Counted from the first letter of the stretch, positions 27,896 to 41,121 are shown. The stretch: 64,000 nt of DNA from Octopus vulgaris (GCA_951406725.2 OX597824.1:1178001-1242000), one strand, 5' to 3'. The notes: generated by a model not told the origin, from the sequence alone. Numbers and translations are program-made.

Positions 27896-28457
27896 CCCTG
27901 ATGCAGTACCAGGCAGTGGCTCTCATGGCTTCTGATCTTAACTGATTGGAAGTGTTATCATGTACATTGTTTTGTCTTGGTATAAAAGATGGGCTACAGC
28001 AAATATTCTGCACAATACCACAGATTTGCTTGTCAGTTATTTGACCTTAACCAGTTGAGCATGTCCCTTAGTGGCTGACGATATGTGCATCTCTGATCAC
28101 AAGCAGGAGTAGTGAGGGAGCTTCATAGCCATGTGTTGAGAGGGATTCTTTGGGGTTTGAATAATTCCCCTTTGGAAACATGGGTGTTTCGTTCAGCATC
28201 CTTAAAGAACCCTTATTCGGGGACCTTTTGAGCGGATTGGGCTATTTTAACTGGGCCTCACCTGCAAGGTCATGCGCTATTTATCTTGATATGAGATCAA
28301 CATGTCGCGCACATATGGTTGTGATGCATGTGTCTGGTGTACCCTTATCAGACGGGTAACCATGATGGGTATACTGATGTTCATATATTTTACCACAGTG
28401 TCACTTTGGTGGCATGCACTGCTCTCTCACTCACTAATAATAATAATAATAATAATG

Positions 28458-28512
<55 letters not shown>

Positions 28513-28547
28513 ATTTCCTTATCCGGTTCTCGTTTTTACCTTCTTAG

Positions 28548-28791
28548 GTGTAAGCCGCCGAATATTGCAACAAGAGGAGCTATATTTCAGTACAATTCAT
28601 GTTATTTTAACATTACAAATGGCAGATGCCAAGGACAATATAGATCAAGCAGAGCAGAACATTACGATGGAACTTCGAGTGGGTAGTTTTACCGGTGCTC
28701 TTTATCATATTGTGAAAGTCAATAGAAATGCTAATAATGCTCCGAAAATATACTTTGAGGCCGGCTTTAACGATACGGGAAGACCTTTGTT
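28548..28791 (+). CDS. Exon 10; C-half of R5 and linker
   Basis: ttcttag acceptor; (G)VSRRILQQEE...LTLQMAD...NDTGRPL(F); gtacgt donor; phase 1/2. Confidence 0.85.
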
Positions 28792-28989
28792 GTACGTACA
28801 ATATTTTGAATCTTTTTATAATTTTCATTTGCAGATCAAGTTTGTAAGTGTATGTGACAGTAAGTGTATTTTGTTGATGGTATTTAAGGTCAAAATCCGC
28901 ACTGAGTGAGTAGGCCTATAATAAAAACTTTCCCTCCAGCGGACGTCCCTTCGGTGTTTGTATATATATATACATATATATAACATTAA

Positions 28990-29400
28990 GATTGTTGAAA
29001 ATCTAGGGAACTCCGTCAGATCACCACTATGTAGGACGTACTCCTTTGAGAATACGATATGCACCAATGATAACTGCATGCCAGTTAGGATTAGCCCTGG
29101 CATTAACTGTAGAACTCAAAATGTAGTTTACAGCATCAAATGCATAGAAGGTGCTTGTAAAGTCCTGAACATGGCGTACATAGGGCAGACATCTAGGAGC
29201 ATTGCGGAACGAATGAATGAACATTTGCGACAATATGACGACAAAAAACAGTCCTCCATACTCTACCAGCATGGAGGTAAGCTAGGTTAACTTGACATCC
29301 GCAACTTATCCAAACACCCAAAGGACCCAACACTCAGACAAATACGGGAGTACGTCCTCATAAATGAAACCTCCCCAATACTAAACAGCAAATATACATA
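28990..29400 (+). mobile_element. Penelope-like element GIY-YIG endonuclease fragment
   Basis: INCRTQNVVYSIKC...C...YIGQTSRSIAERMNEH. Confidence 0.85.
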
Positions 29401-29679
29401 GTAGATATAATACCCCCATACCCACAGTTTACACAGGTAGAGTAGAATAGTTAGTGGGCTGTTATGTAGGTGTATGTATGTATATATATATATATATATA
29501 TAAACAACTTATAAATGAGGGCATAAGTTGTTTATAAATTTAACCTTTAAAGGTATTTTTTAATATATTTTATTTTTTAAAATTTTATCTAGTTTCAGCT
29601 CACGAGCTGTGGCCATGCTGGGGCACTGCCATGCTGGCCATTGATAAATTTTTTTTTTCGAAAACTTTTTATCCTACAT

Positions 29680-29721
<42 letters not shown>

Positions 29722-29759
29722 CACATATGTAGAAAGATGTATGCGTGGGTGGGTGGGCG

Positions 29760-29798
<39 letters not shown>

Positions 29799-29989
29799 GT
29801 ACATGTATGTAAGCATATGGATATGAAAGTAAACAGATCAACATACAGACAGATAGTTAAGTTATATGAACAAACAAGTACACATGCAAATGAAGACTGA
29901 AACACATGACCATATACACACACACACACACACTTTACTTCACACAAGGACACATATGGAGTCACACATGCACACATATGGGGATGCAC

Positions 29990-30168
29990 ATCCAAGGACA
30001 AAAAAGGCTTTATCGATCGCATTCTCACCTGGAATCGATTTTTGTAATTTTTACAAGACTTATACACTCCCTGATACCATCGGTATCTACATATCAGATT
30101 TGAGCGCAATCGGATGGAGGATGCCCGAGATCCTAGAAGGCACACAGACAGAACGGATTTTATATAAG
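29990..30168 (-). mobile_element. Non-autonomous Helitron-like 5' end
   Basis: Minus strand begins a|tcttatataaaatccgttctgtctgtgtg, similar to the 5' end of 40759-41121. Confidence 0.5.
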
Positions 30169-30199
30169 ATATATATATATATATATATAAATCCCAAGG

Positions 30200-31437
30200 C
30201 TGTATAGATATTAGAGCATATGCTTGGGGTCCAGAGGTAAGCAGGTCTGGCCCGGCAGGTGTCCCACGGTGTCGCGGCTTGGGCTCGGTCGTTATCCTGC
30301 CACTGCGTGCGGCAACAAAAACAAAAGTTTCCATGAATATTGGATGCTGGAACGTAAGAACATTATTAGATTCAAAATCAAATGAAAGAAAAATCTGTTC
30401 TTATTAAAGAGAGGCAAAGGTATGTAATGGACATTGTAGCATTGTCAGAGACTAGATTTCTTGGGCAAAGTAGCTTTACTGAGAAATCCAGTGGCTACAC
30501 ATTTTATTGGAGTGGGAAAGAAAAAAACTAAAATTGCAAAAAAGAAAGTAATGTTGCTTTTGCTCTGAAAACCTCCTTGGTTGATAAACTAGAGGAATTG
30601 CCATACACTGTAAAAAGTGGGGTTGCCTTTAAAAAAAGGTCGGTATGTAACACTTGTTAGCCTTTATGCACAAACTATGAATGCAAGTGAAAATGAAAAG
30701 CTCTCCTTTTATGATGTGCTGAAAGAAAATATCAGCAAAATTCCACATGAGGATAAGATTATCATATTGGACGGTTTTAATGCTAGATTTGTTAAAGATC
30801 GGGAGACATGGGGTGTGATTGGATGACACGGAGTGGGAAATTGTAACAGCAATGTTTTTTGTTACAGATGTGTTCTGAGCTGAATCTATTTATTATAAGC
30901 ACTGCTTTTTCGCAAAAAGATAAGGTCAAAACTATATGGATGCACCCTAGTTCAAAACAATGGCACCTGAATAACTGACTCTATGATAACTAGAAAGCGA
31001 GATAAGGGAGATTTCTGTATAGTGCGGTTCATGCGGGGAGCGGCATGTTGGACAGATCATTGCTTGGTTCGTGGGAAGATCAATTTTGTTGTGAAGCCAA
31101 AAAGTCGACAAAGTGGCACTGGCATCCCTAAACGTCCGAGTGTGAATCTCCTTAAGGACAAAACAGGATAGAATTTCGGCAGAAAACCGATGAGTGGATG
31201 GACTTCAGAGGAGAACTATAAAATTTAAGTAAAGAAATTTTAGGAGTAAAGAAGAAGAAACATCAAGATTGGTTTGATGAAAGTGATGGGAATTCATTAC
31301 TAGCAAATAATTCTGACCAAAATAGAACTTTTTTCAAAGAGATAAAAGCAGATGTGCAAAGAAAGATTCAAAGCATGCAGGATACTTAGTGGCGGAAGAA
31401 AGCAGAAGAGACAGAGGCTGCTTCCAATGTTAAGAAC
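30200..31437 (+). mobile_element. RTE LINE 5' part (APE endonuclease), decayed
   Basis: IGCWNVRTLLD, DIVALSETRF, GYTFYWSG, SLYAQT, FNAR, WMHPSSKQWHL, CWTDH. Confidence 0.85.
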
Positions 31438-32588
31438 ACTAAGTTAATATATACTCCTCTTCATGTTGCATTAAGCGCGAATATTTCTTAATAAACAATG
31501 TTTTTTTTGTTTTATTTCGGGTTGCATAAGCAGAACGATTTGCTTTTGCTTCAACATATGATGCTCCTACATAAAGTTGGCCATGTGAAAAGCATGGTTG
31601 TTCAAGTTGCATTCCAGCAAGTTTTAGGGTTTGGCCCCTGAGTTTTATTAATGCTGATGGTAAAAGAAACACGGATAGGAAAATGTAACTGTTTTAATTG
31701 GAATGGGACATTAGATGGTATAACTGGTATACGAGGAATGACGACGGTTTCATCTTTACCAAAACCAGTGAGAATATTTGCCTCAATGCAGTTCCTCATG
31801 AGTTTGTGCACAATTAATCTTTTACCATTGCATGATTTTGGTTGAGTCAAATTATGTAATAGCATAATAGGAGCCCATTTTTCAACTGAAGGCCATGAGG
31901 AGCTGTACCTGGTGGTTCTAATGAGTTCAAAAATTCGATGGGGTAATTAAAAATATCCTGGTCACCAACCCTGTCAATTGGGTTATAAGTGACAGCTTCT
32001 CCTTGAAGTTTATTCAATATCATATTATTAATGCTTTGTACAGCAAAATTATTTTGAGCCTGAATAACTTGCTCCCATATCCAACCCGCATTGTTGTAAT
32101 TATGAAGAAGATTCGGAGAGATTTCATCCACTAAAATCATTGCCGGAATCAATTGAATTACATGTTGGAGTGAGTATAAGAAACTGTACTTCATCAATTG
32201 GAATTCTCCCTTCTCCAAGTTCCAGAAGCTTCTCCGTAAATTGTCCCGCTGATTGATCTCTTTGTCGGAAGATGAAGTGTTTTCACATGATGCCAAAATA
32301 CCGAAAACTTTATTGAAGCTTCGACTTTTGTTCCTCTTGGAACAACTCGTAGTGTTTGTCGGAAGTCTCCTGACAATAATACTGAGACAATTCCCATCGT
32401 GGAATTACAATGCCACAACCAGTGAGCATCTTTGCCTCAATGTAGTTCCGCATAGGTTTCTGCACAGAGTTTCTTCATAGTGCTGTACCATTGCACAATT
32501 TTTGTTGAGACAAATTAGGCAATAACGTAACAGGAGATATAGAAAAGGCACAAACAAACACACAAACGGACAGAATCTCTCATTTACA

Positions 32589-32590
<2 letters not shown>
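31438..32590 (-). mobile_element. Internally deleted Helitron (Pif1-type helicase fragment)
   Basis: LLSGDFRQTL.VVPRG, YPIEFLNSLEPPG..PH.L.LK, CNG.RL, IPRIP, FPIRVSF.ISINKTQG, FSHGQLYV; Helitron-like 5' terminus near 32520-32590. Confidence 0.88.
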
Positions 32591-32620
<30 letters not shown>

Positions 32621-32717
32621 ACGGGAAGTTTTATGAAAATAAACAAAAGACGAAGGCAGGTGGAATACAAACAAACAATTGTATTAGTATGGCGCTCAGG
32701 AATATAAATAAAACAAG

Positions 32718-32755
32718 TCTTTTACGTTTCGAGCCTACGCTCTTCAACAGAAAGA
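32718..32755 (-). ncRNA. Minimal type I hammerhead-ribozyme-like motif (Penelope pLTR type)
   Basis: tcttt-CTGTTGA-a-GAGC-gtag-GCTC-GAAA-CGT-A-aaaga: 5-bp stem I, 4-bp stem II, palindromic ACGT stem III; core variant A6U. Confidence 0.6.
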
Positions 32756-32933
32756 TACACAGAAAAGAAACACAGAAAGAAACAAGGAGAGAAAAAAATG
32801 CGTGCAGGGGCTAGCGAATCAACATGGCGTCCAGGGGATATGTTGTAATTAACTTTTAAATAAAGTTTGTGGATGTGAAAAATCATCATTCTCCTTTTCG
32901 TTATTAATGTTACATATGTATGTGTATATACAC

Positions 32934-32998
<65 letters not shown>

Positions 32999-33025
32999 TG
33001 TATATATACATACATACTTATATAC

Positions 33026-33088
<63 letters not shown>

Positions 33089-33148
33089 GTACGTATGTAT
33101 GTATGTATCTATTTTATGCATGTATATAAATCTTGACTGTTTTTTCAG

Positions 33149-33335
33149 TAACCATTTCTTGACTGTTCACGCCTTAATGCGACTGGAGAATGACTCGACG
33201 GCTGAACTCCGTCCAGCTTTGGCTATTTTTTACCTGTCACCGTGGGTCCAATATGCGGACCGTTTTACTACAAACAAAATCGGAGCTCCACCCAATGCAA
33301 CTTTTGACAATAAAACAGGAAGACTCGAATTTAAG
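33149..33335 (+). CDS. Exon 11; DUF11-like Ig-type segment
   Basis: tttttcag acceptor; (F)NHFLTVHALMRLEND...LSPWVQYA...GRLEFK; gtattc donor; phase 2/0. Confidence 0.88.
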
Positions 33336-33345
33336 GTATTCATTC

Positions 33346-33444
<99 letters not shown>

Positions 33445-34040
33445 AACACATAGCCTATTTTGCAAGGCATGATGGAAAATGTCAGCTGTCCACAGCCAGC
33501 AGACTAAGGTAACACTTGGTTACTGGTCACGCTTCAAGAACCCCGTGAAGAATTCTTGCAGTTCCAAGCAATACTGACTTTTGTAGGTGTTCTACCTTCA
33601 CACTTGCAGCACTAATCTTTTTCAGCCATGATGGTTTTTGAGGGCTGATACTTCCAAGTGCCCCAATTACTATTGGTATCACGTCTACTCTCTTCATTGA
33701 CCACAGCCTTCGTATTTCGCGCTTTAAATCGTCATAGTTGTTTATTTTTTATCTTCTTCTTTCACATTGATCCTGTTGTCACCAGGGCAAGCAATGGCGA
33801 TTATCAGACCTGTTTTGCTTTTACTTTTTATTCACCACAAAAATGTTCGGTTTCCGGTGTCTGTTCTGCTGATCGCACTGGATCATTGCATCTCACAGGA
33901 TTTTGCAATTCCTATTTCCGGTAATTCCTTCTGGAGTTTTCTCGCACCACCTCTTTGCTCTTTGTAGGCCGGGATTTCCACAAAGCTCCCAATGGATCAT
34001 TCTTGCCACATTGTCATGGTGTCTTTTGTATTCGCGTTTA
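33445..34040 (-). mobile_element. R4/Dong-like LINE 3' fragment between (TTA)n runs
   Basis: EYKRHHDNVARMIHWELC...PIVIGALG...QKSVLLGTARIL. Confidence 0.8.
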
Positions 34041-34095
34041 CTATTGTTGTTGTTGTTGTTGTTGTTCCTCTTCTTCTTCTTCTTCTTCTTCTTCA

Positions 34096-34233
<138 letters not shown>

Positions 34234-34548
34234 TATTATTATTATTATTATTATTACTAAAAAGAATTTGGTTCAGCCCCCAAGCGACATAAAGAATCGT
34301 AGTCATCTTAGAGAAACTTATCTCTTTCCAACTCGGTGGACTGAACGGGGAGATGCAGGGTGTGTATCTTGTTCCTTGAGCCTGCATCTCTCCATTTTGT
34401 TAACCGATCCTCAAAGAACCACGTTCCTGTAAAAAGACAACGAAATTTTAAGTCGCATGGAGCTGAATCAAACTTTTAAATACTAGTATAAAGAACTCCT
34501 AATTAATCCACTGAGTGTGTCTTCATTTAGCTTCTCCACTCATTCGTA

Positions 34549-34615
<67 letters not shown>

Positions 34616-34897
34616 TTAAAAGGAGATGTGGAACACGAGTTGTGATATATAAAAAAAGGAAATGAAGAAAATGCTGACAAAATAATTTAAGTAAGGGAGA
34701 GTGTATTTAATTAGGTGAAAGTTCTTTTTACCGGTTGCGCATTTGTTATGCTTATCAAAAGATATTTTTTAAAGAGAGATAGAGTTCCTTTCTGATAGAT
34801 TTTTTTCTCTTATCTGTATATATATATATATTTATATATAACTGTATATTCAAGTGTGTATGCATGTGTATATATCCTCTTCTTTTTATTTTCGCAG

Positions 34898-35111
34898 TTT
34901 CAAGAATTTCCCTTCACTGACAACGTGAAATTTTCTTTTGCCGTATCAAGGAAGCCGTTTTCGTACACCAAACCGTTAGTGAACTCCACGACACCATACG
35001 AAGCCGGTGGTTATATCACCCACCACGCTGGCAGCAGCTTTGCTCCGGACTATTTCTTCTCATCACCTATGAACGCATTCATGTTCACTGTTCAGATTCC
35101 TACAGATACAC
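34898..35111 (+). CDS. Exon 12
   Basis: ttcgcag acceptor; FQEFPFTDNVKFSFAV...QIPTDT(Q); gtaatg donor; phase 0/1. Confidence 0.85.
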
Positions 35112-35259
35112 GTAATGATATTAACAAAAATACATTTTAACACAAAATGCACAAAAAAAGCATAAACTGCACATTATCACATATACACTTATAGAGAATA
35201 TAAAGTAACATACTATGCTATAATGTATGTATACATGTTTGTATGTAGGTGCATGGATG

Positions 35260-35366
<107 letters not shown>

Positions 35367-35401
35367 GTACATAGAGAGAAAGATGCATATATACATATTG
35401 C

Positions 35402-35444
<43 letters not shown>

Positions 35445-35531
35445 TATATGTATGTAATATAATTTTTCTGAATCTTCAGATTTTTCTATATGCTAGTCCA
35501 CTGGTTTTAAATTGATATTAATCAAATAAAA

Positions 35532-35913
35532 GTGGAGGCGCAATGGCCCAGTGGTTACGGCAGCGGACTCGCGGTCATAGGATCACGGTTTCGATTCCCA
35601 GACCGGGCATTGTGAGTGTTTATTGAGCGAAAACACCTAAAGCTCCACGAGGCTCCGGCAGGGGGTGGTGGTGAACCCTGCTGTACTCTTTCACCACAAC
35701 TTTCTCTCACTCTTTCTTCCTGTTTCTCTTGTACCTGTATTTCAAACGGCCAGCCTTGTCACACTCTGTGTCACGCTGAATCTCCTCGAGAACTACGTTA
35801 AGGGTACACGTGTCTGTGGAGTGCTCAGCCACTTGCACGTTAATATCACGAGCAAGCTGTTCCGTTGATCGTATCAGCTGGGACCCTCATCGTCGAAACC
35901 GACGGAGTGCTCC
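35532..35913 (+). mobile_element. SINE family A, full length
   Basis: Colinear with 2861-3228. Confidence 0.9.
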
Positions 35914-36129
35914 TATATAAGCCTTGACATCGGGAATAGAGTTTGACAATGATAATGGAACACATAAAGAAAGTATAATATATGAAGATACAAAATATGA
36001 TTGATTAAATATTTTGTGAAAAAAGTGCACGACTAAAATATCAAAAAAAAAAAGACTTTCTTTGAAATTATTTGGTTTTCATTTCTCAACTGATCTTTAT
36101 TGGGGTCTCTACATACAGCTTCCCCTAAA

Positions 36130-36612
36130 TTGGGAGCCATTGTGTAGATCAAAGGACTACCTCACATTTGAAGTCATTTTGTATCTTTAGAGGCCCACAG
36201 TTTGTCATTGAATGGAATTTTGCTGTCATATTCGGGCAGGTACGCCATCATGTCACTTGGATCTCCTCGACCAGGTTTAGCAGCAAGTCACTAACATGAT
36301 TGGTTCCTCTCTGGCTTCAACTCTCTAGCCCTTGTCACATTGTGTAGCATCACCAGACTTAGACTTTTCTATCTTTGTTGCCATATGAAGTGCTCTGACG
36401 AATTTTCATTCCTAGTCCCAGATCACTATGTGCCGTTTGGCCAGACTTGAATCTCGCAGCGTCTCCATCCAAATATTATTGCACTTCTACGAACAAGGAA
36501 GTCTTTCTTCTGCCGTAGCTTTTTCCCTTGAACTACCAGACTTTGAAGCACTTTTCCATCTCAATGTTTTCCTCCTTATGACCTGAACTATTTCAAGTCT
36601 AAAGTAAATTCA
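36130..36612 (+). mobile_element. Jockey/CR1-like LINE 3' fragment
   Basis: Decayed FFP.TTRL.STFP..CFP..YDL..FKSKVN C-terminal signature. Confidence 0.5.
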
Positions 36613-36982
36613 TTCTTTTCGTCTTAATTTCTCTTTCTTCGTTGCCTCTTGGTGGCTTTTCACCTTCTTTGGGATTTTATAAAAATATAAATGAAATAAA
36701 ATAGAAAAAAACGTGAAATCACATAATGCACTCAGTGCGTTATAAAACCGAAGCCCACAGCAAGTCTTTAAAGGGAGACGATGCTGTTCATCTCGGTTGT
36801 TAGTCTGTCCCATCCAAACGAGAAAAATTGTGGCTGTTGGAAGAAAACATGACATTTTGTTTTTTAAATCTGCAGACAAACCTCATTACACGCCTGATGA
36901 AAATCAGCTGTTCACTAGTGTCTGCCCGATACGGTAATATATTGTGTAATGAAGTATATTGTACATACATACACATGCATGC

Positions 36983-37019
<37 letters not shown>

Positions 37020-37155
37020 CACACTCTCTCTCTCCCTTTCTCACACGCACACTCATACACACAGAAAGATAGATAGATCATAATAATAAAATATGTTGAA
37101 ATTCTAACTACAAGATAGACAGACCTAATTGGGTTGTTTCTATTTGGTCGTATAA

Positions 37156-37560
37156 AGAGGCCGAGCTGGCAGAACCGTTAGCACAGCGGACGAAATGCTT
37201 ACCAGTATTTCGTCGGCCGTTACGTTGTGAGTTCAAATTCCGCCGAGGTTGACTTTGCCTTTCATCCTTTCGGCGTCGATAAATTAAGTACCAGTTACGC
37301 ACTGGAGTCGATGTAATCGACTAAATCCGTTTATCTGTTCTTGTTCGTCCCCTCTGTGTCTAGCCCCTCGTGGGTAGTAAAGAAATAGGTATTTCCCCCG
37401 TCTTTACGTTCTGATTTTAAATTCCACCGAGGACAACTTTTCCTTTCATCCTTTCAGGGTCGATTAAATAAGTACCTTCTGAAAACTGGGGTCGATGTAA
37501 CCGACTATTCCCTATCCCCTCGCAAATGTCAGGCCTTGTGCCTATAGTAGAATGGATTAT
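37156..37560 (+). mobile_element. SINE family B with tandem partial duplication
   Basis: Full copy 37156-37390, followed by a second core (37390-37560). Confidence 0.85.
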
Positions 37561-37652
37561 TCGCTGATGTGCTTCTTTTAATAATGTAATAGAATGAAAG
37601 AGATTAAAAAACGAACAAGCTTTTAATGATTGACTGGTTTTCTTTCTCGTAG

Positions 37653-37730
37653 AGTCGACCTGCGCACAGTTACTGAACATCAACGAATGCCAGATCACAG
37701 TTCCATTTGAATCAAAGTATCAATCTGGAG
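37653..37730 (+). CDS. Exon 13; start of F5/8 type C domain
   Basis: ctttctcgtag acceptor; (Q)STCAQLLNINECQITVPFESKYQSG; gtaaac donor; phase 1/1. Confidence 0.82.
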
Positions 37731-38567
37731 GTAAACAACTGAAATGAAAAGAAAAAAACACGTATCACATTATTTTCTTAGCTTTGAATAAAAAATAAAT
37801 TATCAAAATGTTTTTACGTATGTATTTGGTTTATTTTGTAATTCAAGGAACCTTATGTTATACGGGTTATGTAACTATTTATTTGCTAACGGCTGTACCT
37901 ATACCATTACAATGAAAAGCTAACCATTCCAGTTAAAAATGTTGCATGAAATTTCCCTTTCGGTTAAAAACAAATTTTTGAAATGTTCTGAATGTAAATG
38001 TATACATAGTGTCCATTATTACGTGCTAGAGACGTTCATATCATGGGAAAAATATCGAATCGGTAGACATATTTTCTTATTTTTAATAAGATATTTTGTT
38101 TCAGTCTGTGTTTTTTTTGTTTTGGTTATGAGGTGGGGGGGGGGGGTAGCGTCCACAATCTCGAAAGAAATATCTTTCTTAGACGGCGACTGCAATATCT
38201 CGTTTTCTTATAGTTTTAGCCATAAACAATGCTTAGTGTTTATCAGACGCAATAATATGAAAGAAATCAAGTCGCCATTTCTGGCAAATCACGTGACCAC
38301 ATAAGAGCTCATTTGCTGGAGTACATCTGACCGAGTTTGAATCTCCCATGTATGGGCAACTGCTACTCTTGCACGATAAACATTACCATTTCTCTTGGAG
38401 AGGAACATACCAGGAGGAGTTACCTGGTCACATTTTACTAATTAATGCCTGCGTTAATTTCCGTTTACACTTTATCAGTTTTGTCTCTTTTGCTTCCATT
38501 TTCTTCAACGAAATTTCTGTCTGTTTTTTTTTTGGTTTCACTTCTTCATTTTCTTTTCCTTTTTTAG

Positions 38568-38749
38568 TCTTCCGTGCATTTATACGCAGCAACATGTATG
38601 CAGCCGAGCGATACCTGCAAGTCTACTTTGGCAACACAGTTAAAGTGGAAAAGATATCAATACTTATGGAACACTATACAACAGGACCTGTAAAAGTTTT
38701 TAAAATGGCTTACAGTGACGATGGTATGAGCTGGGTATCGGGACCAATG
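38568..38749 (+). CDS. Exon 14; F5/8 type C (discoidin) core
   Basis: polypyrimidine+ag acceptor; YLQVYFGNTVKVEKI...VKVFKMAYSDDGMSW matches discoidin WLQVDLG...V..F..YS.DG..W; gtaatt donor; phase 1/0. Confidence 0.92.
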
Positions 38750-38989
38750 GTAATTATAAGTTATGTCTTACGAATAAAGCTATGATGAGACATGCAGGGG
38801 AGGCGCAGAGGAGGCTGTTATTTTTGTTCTGGTCACAAACAAGCCAGGGTAAAAAAAAAATTACCCTTGTGTCATAAATCCCTCTTCTACTGCGTACCTG
38901 TCTATAAGATGCTAAGATGATGGCTTGGAGAAGATTTCAGATAAACATACATACAAATGTGCGCGGTGGGGGTGTACGAGTGCGTGTAT

Positions 38990-39392
38990 ATATGGGTGTT
39001 TGGTAAGAAGCTTGCTTGCCAACCACATAGTTCCGAGTTGAGTCTCACTGCCTGGAACCTTGGGCTAGTGTCTTTTTCTATAGCCCCGACCAGACCATAG
39101 TCTTGCAAGTAGATTTGGTAGACGGAAACTGAATGAAGCCTACCACGTGTGTATGTGTATATACATTTAAATACACGTGTGTTTGAGTGTGTGTTTGTCT
39201 TTGTGTTTGTCCCCCTACCACCACCTGACCAGTGTTGGTGTGTTTCTGTCCCCATGACTTAGCGGTTCGGAAAAAGTGATAAAGTATGTGCCAGGTTTAA
39301 ATAATAAATACATACTGAGCTCGATCCGTTCGACTAAAACTCAAGGTGCTGCCCCAGCGTGGTCGCAGTCTAATGACTGAAACAAATAAAAG
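38990..39392 (+). mobile_element. SINE family C (CORE-like)
   Basis: Homologous to 44688-45106. Confidence 0.8.
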
Positions 39393-39660
39393 ATGAGACT
39401 GGCCGATGCACACAGGGAAACGATGAAGATAATGATGACCACATCCACATCCACACACGCACATACGCACACACACACATACACATACACACACACTAAC
39501 ACACACGCTATGATCCTGTTTTGTTATAGCAGAATCCATAACCGTTCATTCGAAATCAATACATCTACAAAGATTACTCTACAAGCCACGGTCATCAGAC
39601 AATGCGAATTCAGAGAAGTCCACATTTCTGGCTTCAGAAGGTGGTTTACCTAAGCCATGA

Positions 39661-39727
<67 letters not shown>

Positions 39728-39837
39728 CATATATATATACATACATACATACATACATACATACATACATACATACATACATACATACATACATACATGC
39801 ATACATGCATACACACATATATGTTGCAGAGAAATAG

Positions 39838-40180
39838 CTAAAATTTGCCCTGTTTATAATTATACCATATGTTACATATTTATCATATCAGACCTTGATA
39901 ATACATAGACTAAGATCCCCGTTGAAAGGCCGCTGGTATTTATGGAGTGTTGAACACTTTCAGTGTGCAAATTAGGGACTCCTTCATAGAGTAACTGCTG
40001 TATTTATTGAATATGTGAACAGTTTGGCTGATTGTTTCTCCTGAGACCGTCAGAATGCTGTAGACGCCTCTGACGAGAACCCAATTTGGTTCGGAGGTCG
40101 ATTGAGGTCGGTTCATCATTTGTTTCAGTTCATCTAAAATTTCCCCCTGCTTATAATTATACCATATGTTTTACATATAA
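39838..40180 (+). mobile_element. Penelope-type pLTR remnant with direct repeat and degenerate hammerhead
   Basis: aaaattt..cctg.ttataattataccatatg at ~39840 and ~40136; cct-CTGACGA-GAACC-caattt-GGTTC-ggag-gtcgat-tg-agg at 40067-40107. Confidence 0.55.
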
Positions 40181-40416
40181 TGGAGGTAGTTGCGATAAAT
40201 ACCAGATGTTTCCTCTTCAACTGCTTCCGCCTCTCCATTATTACATTCCAATAATCCAATAATGACGTATTATTTAATTTCTCAATCTCAAGAATTTCTA
40301 ATGAGAAATTACTTATATATCTATCTTATATGTAAAACTGTTTAACTCCTTTTAGGAAATGAAACACTCATAATGGTGAATAAATGATGCCAAAAAATGT
40401 CAAATATCCCCTTATA

Positions 40417-40482
<66 letters not shown>

Positions 40483-40546
40483 GGAGAAAGCACATAAATG
40501 TGAATCAAGGTGGGAAAAATGTACTCAAATACCAGAGGTAGAGTAA

Positions 40547-40713
40547 TATACTTTATTTAAAAGCAGCAGAAATATAACTAAAGCTGTTACTCAGAGTTTC
40601 ACGTTCCCGTTCGTCGGACAGTTTTGTTAAAATTTTAACAAAGCTGTCCGACGAACGGGAACGTGAAACTCTGAGTAACAGCTTTAGTTATATTTCTGCT
40701 GCTTTTAAATAAA

Positions 40714-40718
<5 letters not shown>
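40547..40718. repeat. 86-bp-arm near-perfect palindrome in (TA)n
   Basis: Centre at 40632/40633; one mismatch (40622 vs 40643). Confidence 0.95.
40640..40685 (+). ncRNA. Type I hammerhead-ribozyme-like motif
   Basis: aaagctgt-CCGACGA-ACG-ggaa-CGT-GAAA-CTCtGAGT-A-acagcttt: 8-bp stem I, GUA site; core variant U4C; mirror copy on the minus strand at 40580-40625. Confidence 0.65.
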
Positions 40719-40758
<40 letters not shown>

Positions 40759-40759
<1 letters not shown>

Positions 40760-41121
40760 TAGCAGTATCGCCCGGCGTTGCTCAGGTTTGTAAGGGAAAT
40801 AACTATAAAGCATTTTTAGAGAGTTATAGCCAAAAATAGCCAAAAGATGGAAAAAATGATGGTAAATTTTTTTAGTTAAAAAGGTGAGTTGCGTCCCCTA
40901 GACAGTTTGCGGTTTGTGTTTCGTTTTCTCGACCCCATGTCGATTTATCGATTTTTTCAGAACTGGGGGAACTTTTCAAAATTTCGCTGGTTAGTTTTGA
41001 ATTATGACATTGCATGTGTGTCAAGTTTCATCAGAATCGGTTGAAAGCTGTGGTCAGGGTGAGGGTACAAGAAAACAGACACACAGAAACACGCGACAAA
41101 CTGCCGTTTATATAGAAGAGA
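40759..41121 (-). mobile_element. Non-autonomous Helitron
   Basis: Minus strand 5'-TC (a|tctcttctatataaacggcag); 3' GC-rich hairpin then CTAG|t; A/T target site. Confidence 0.8.

Noticed and set aside
27895-28435. Non-repetitive block between (AAT)n runs
   Set aside because: Probably an interspersed repeat, but it is single-copy here with no recognisable motif, so it cannot be classified
31602-32418. Host PIF1 helicase gene
   Set aside because: Frameshifted, intronless and with a Helitron-like terminus
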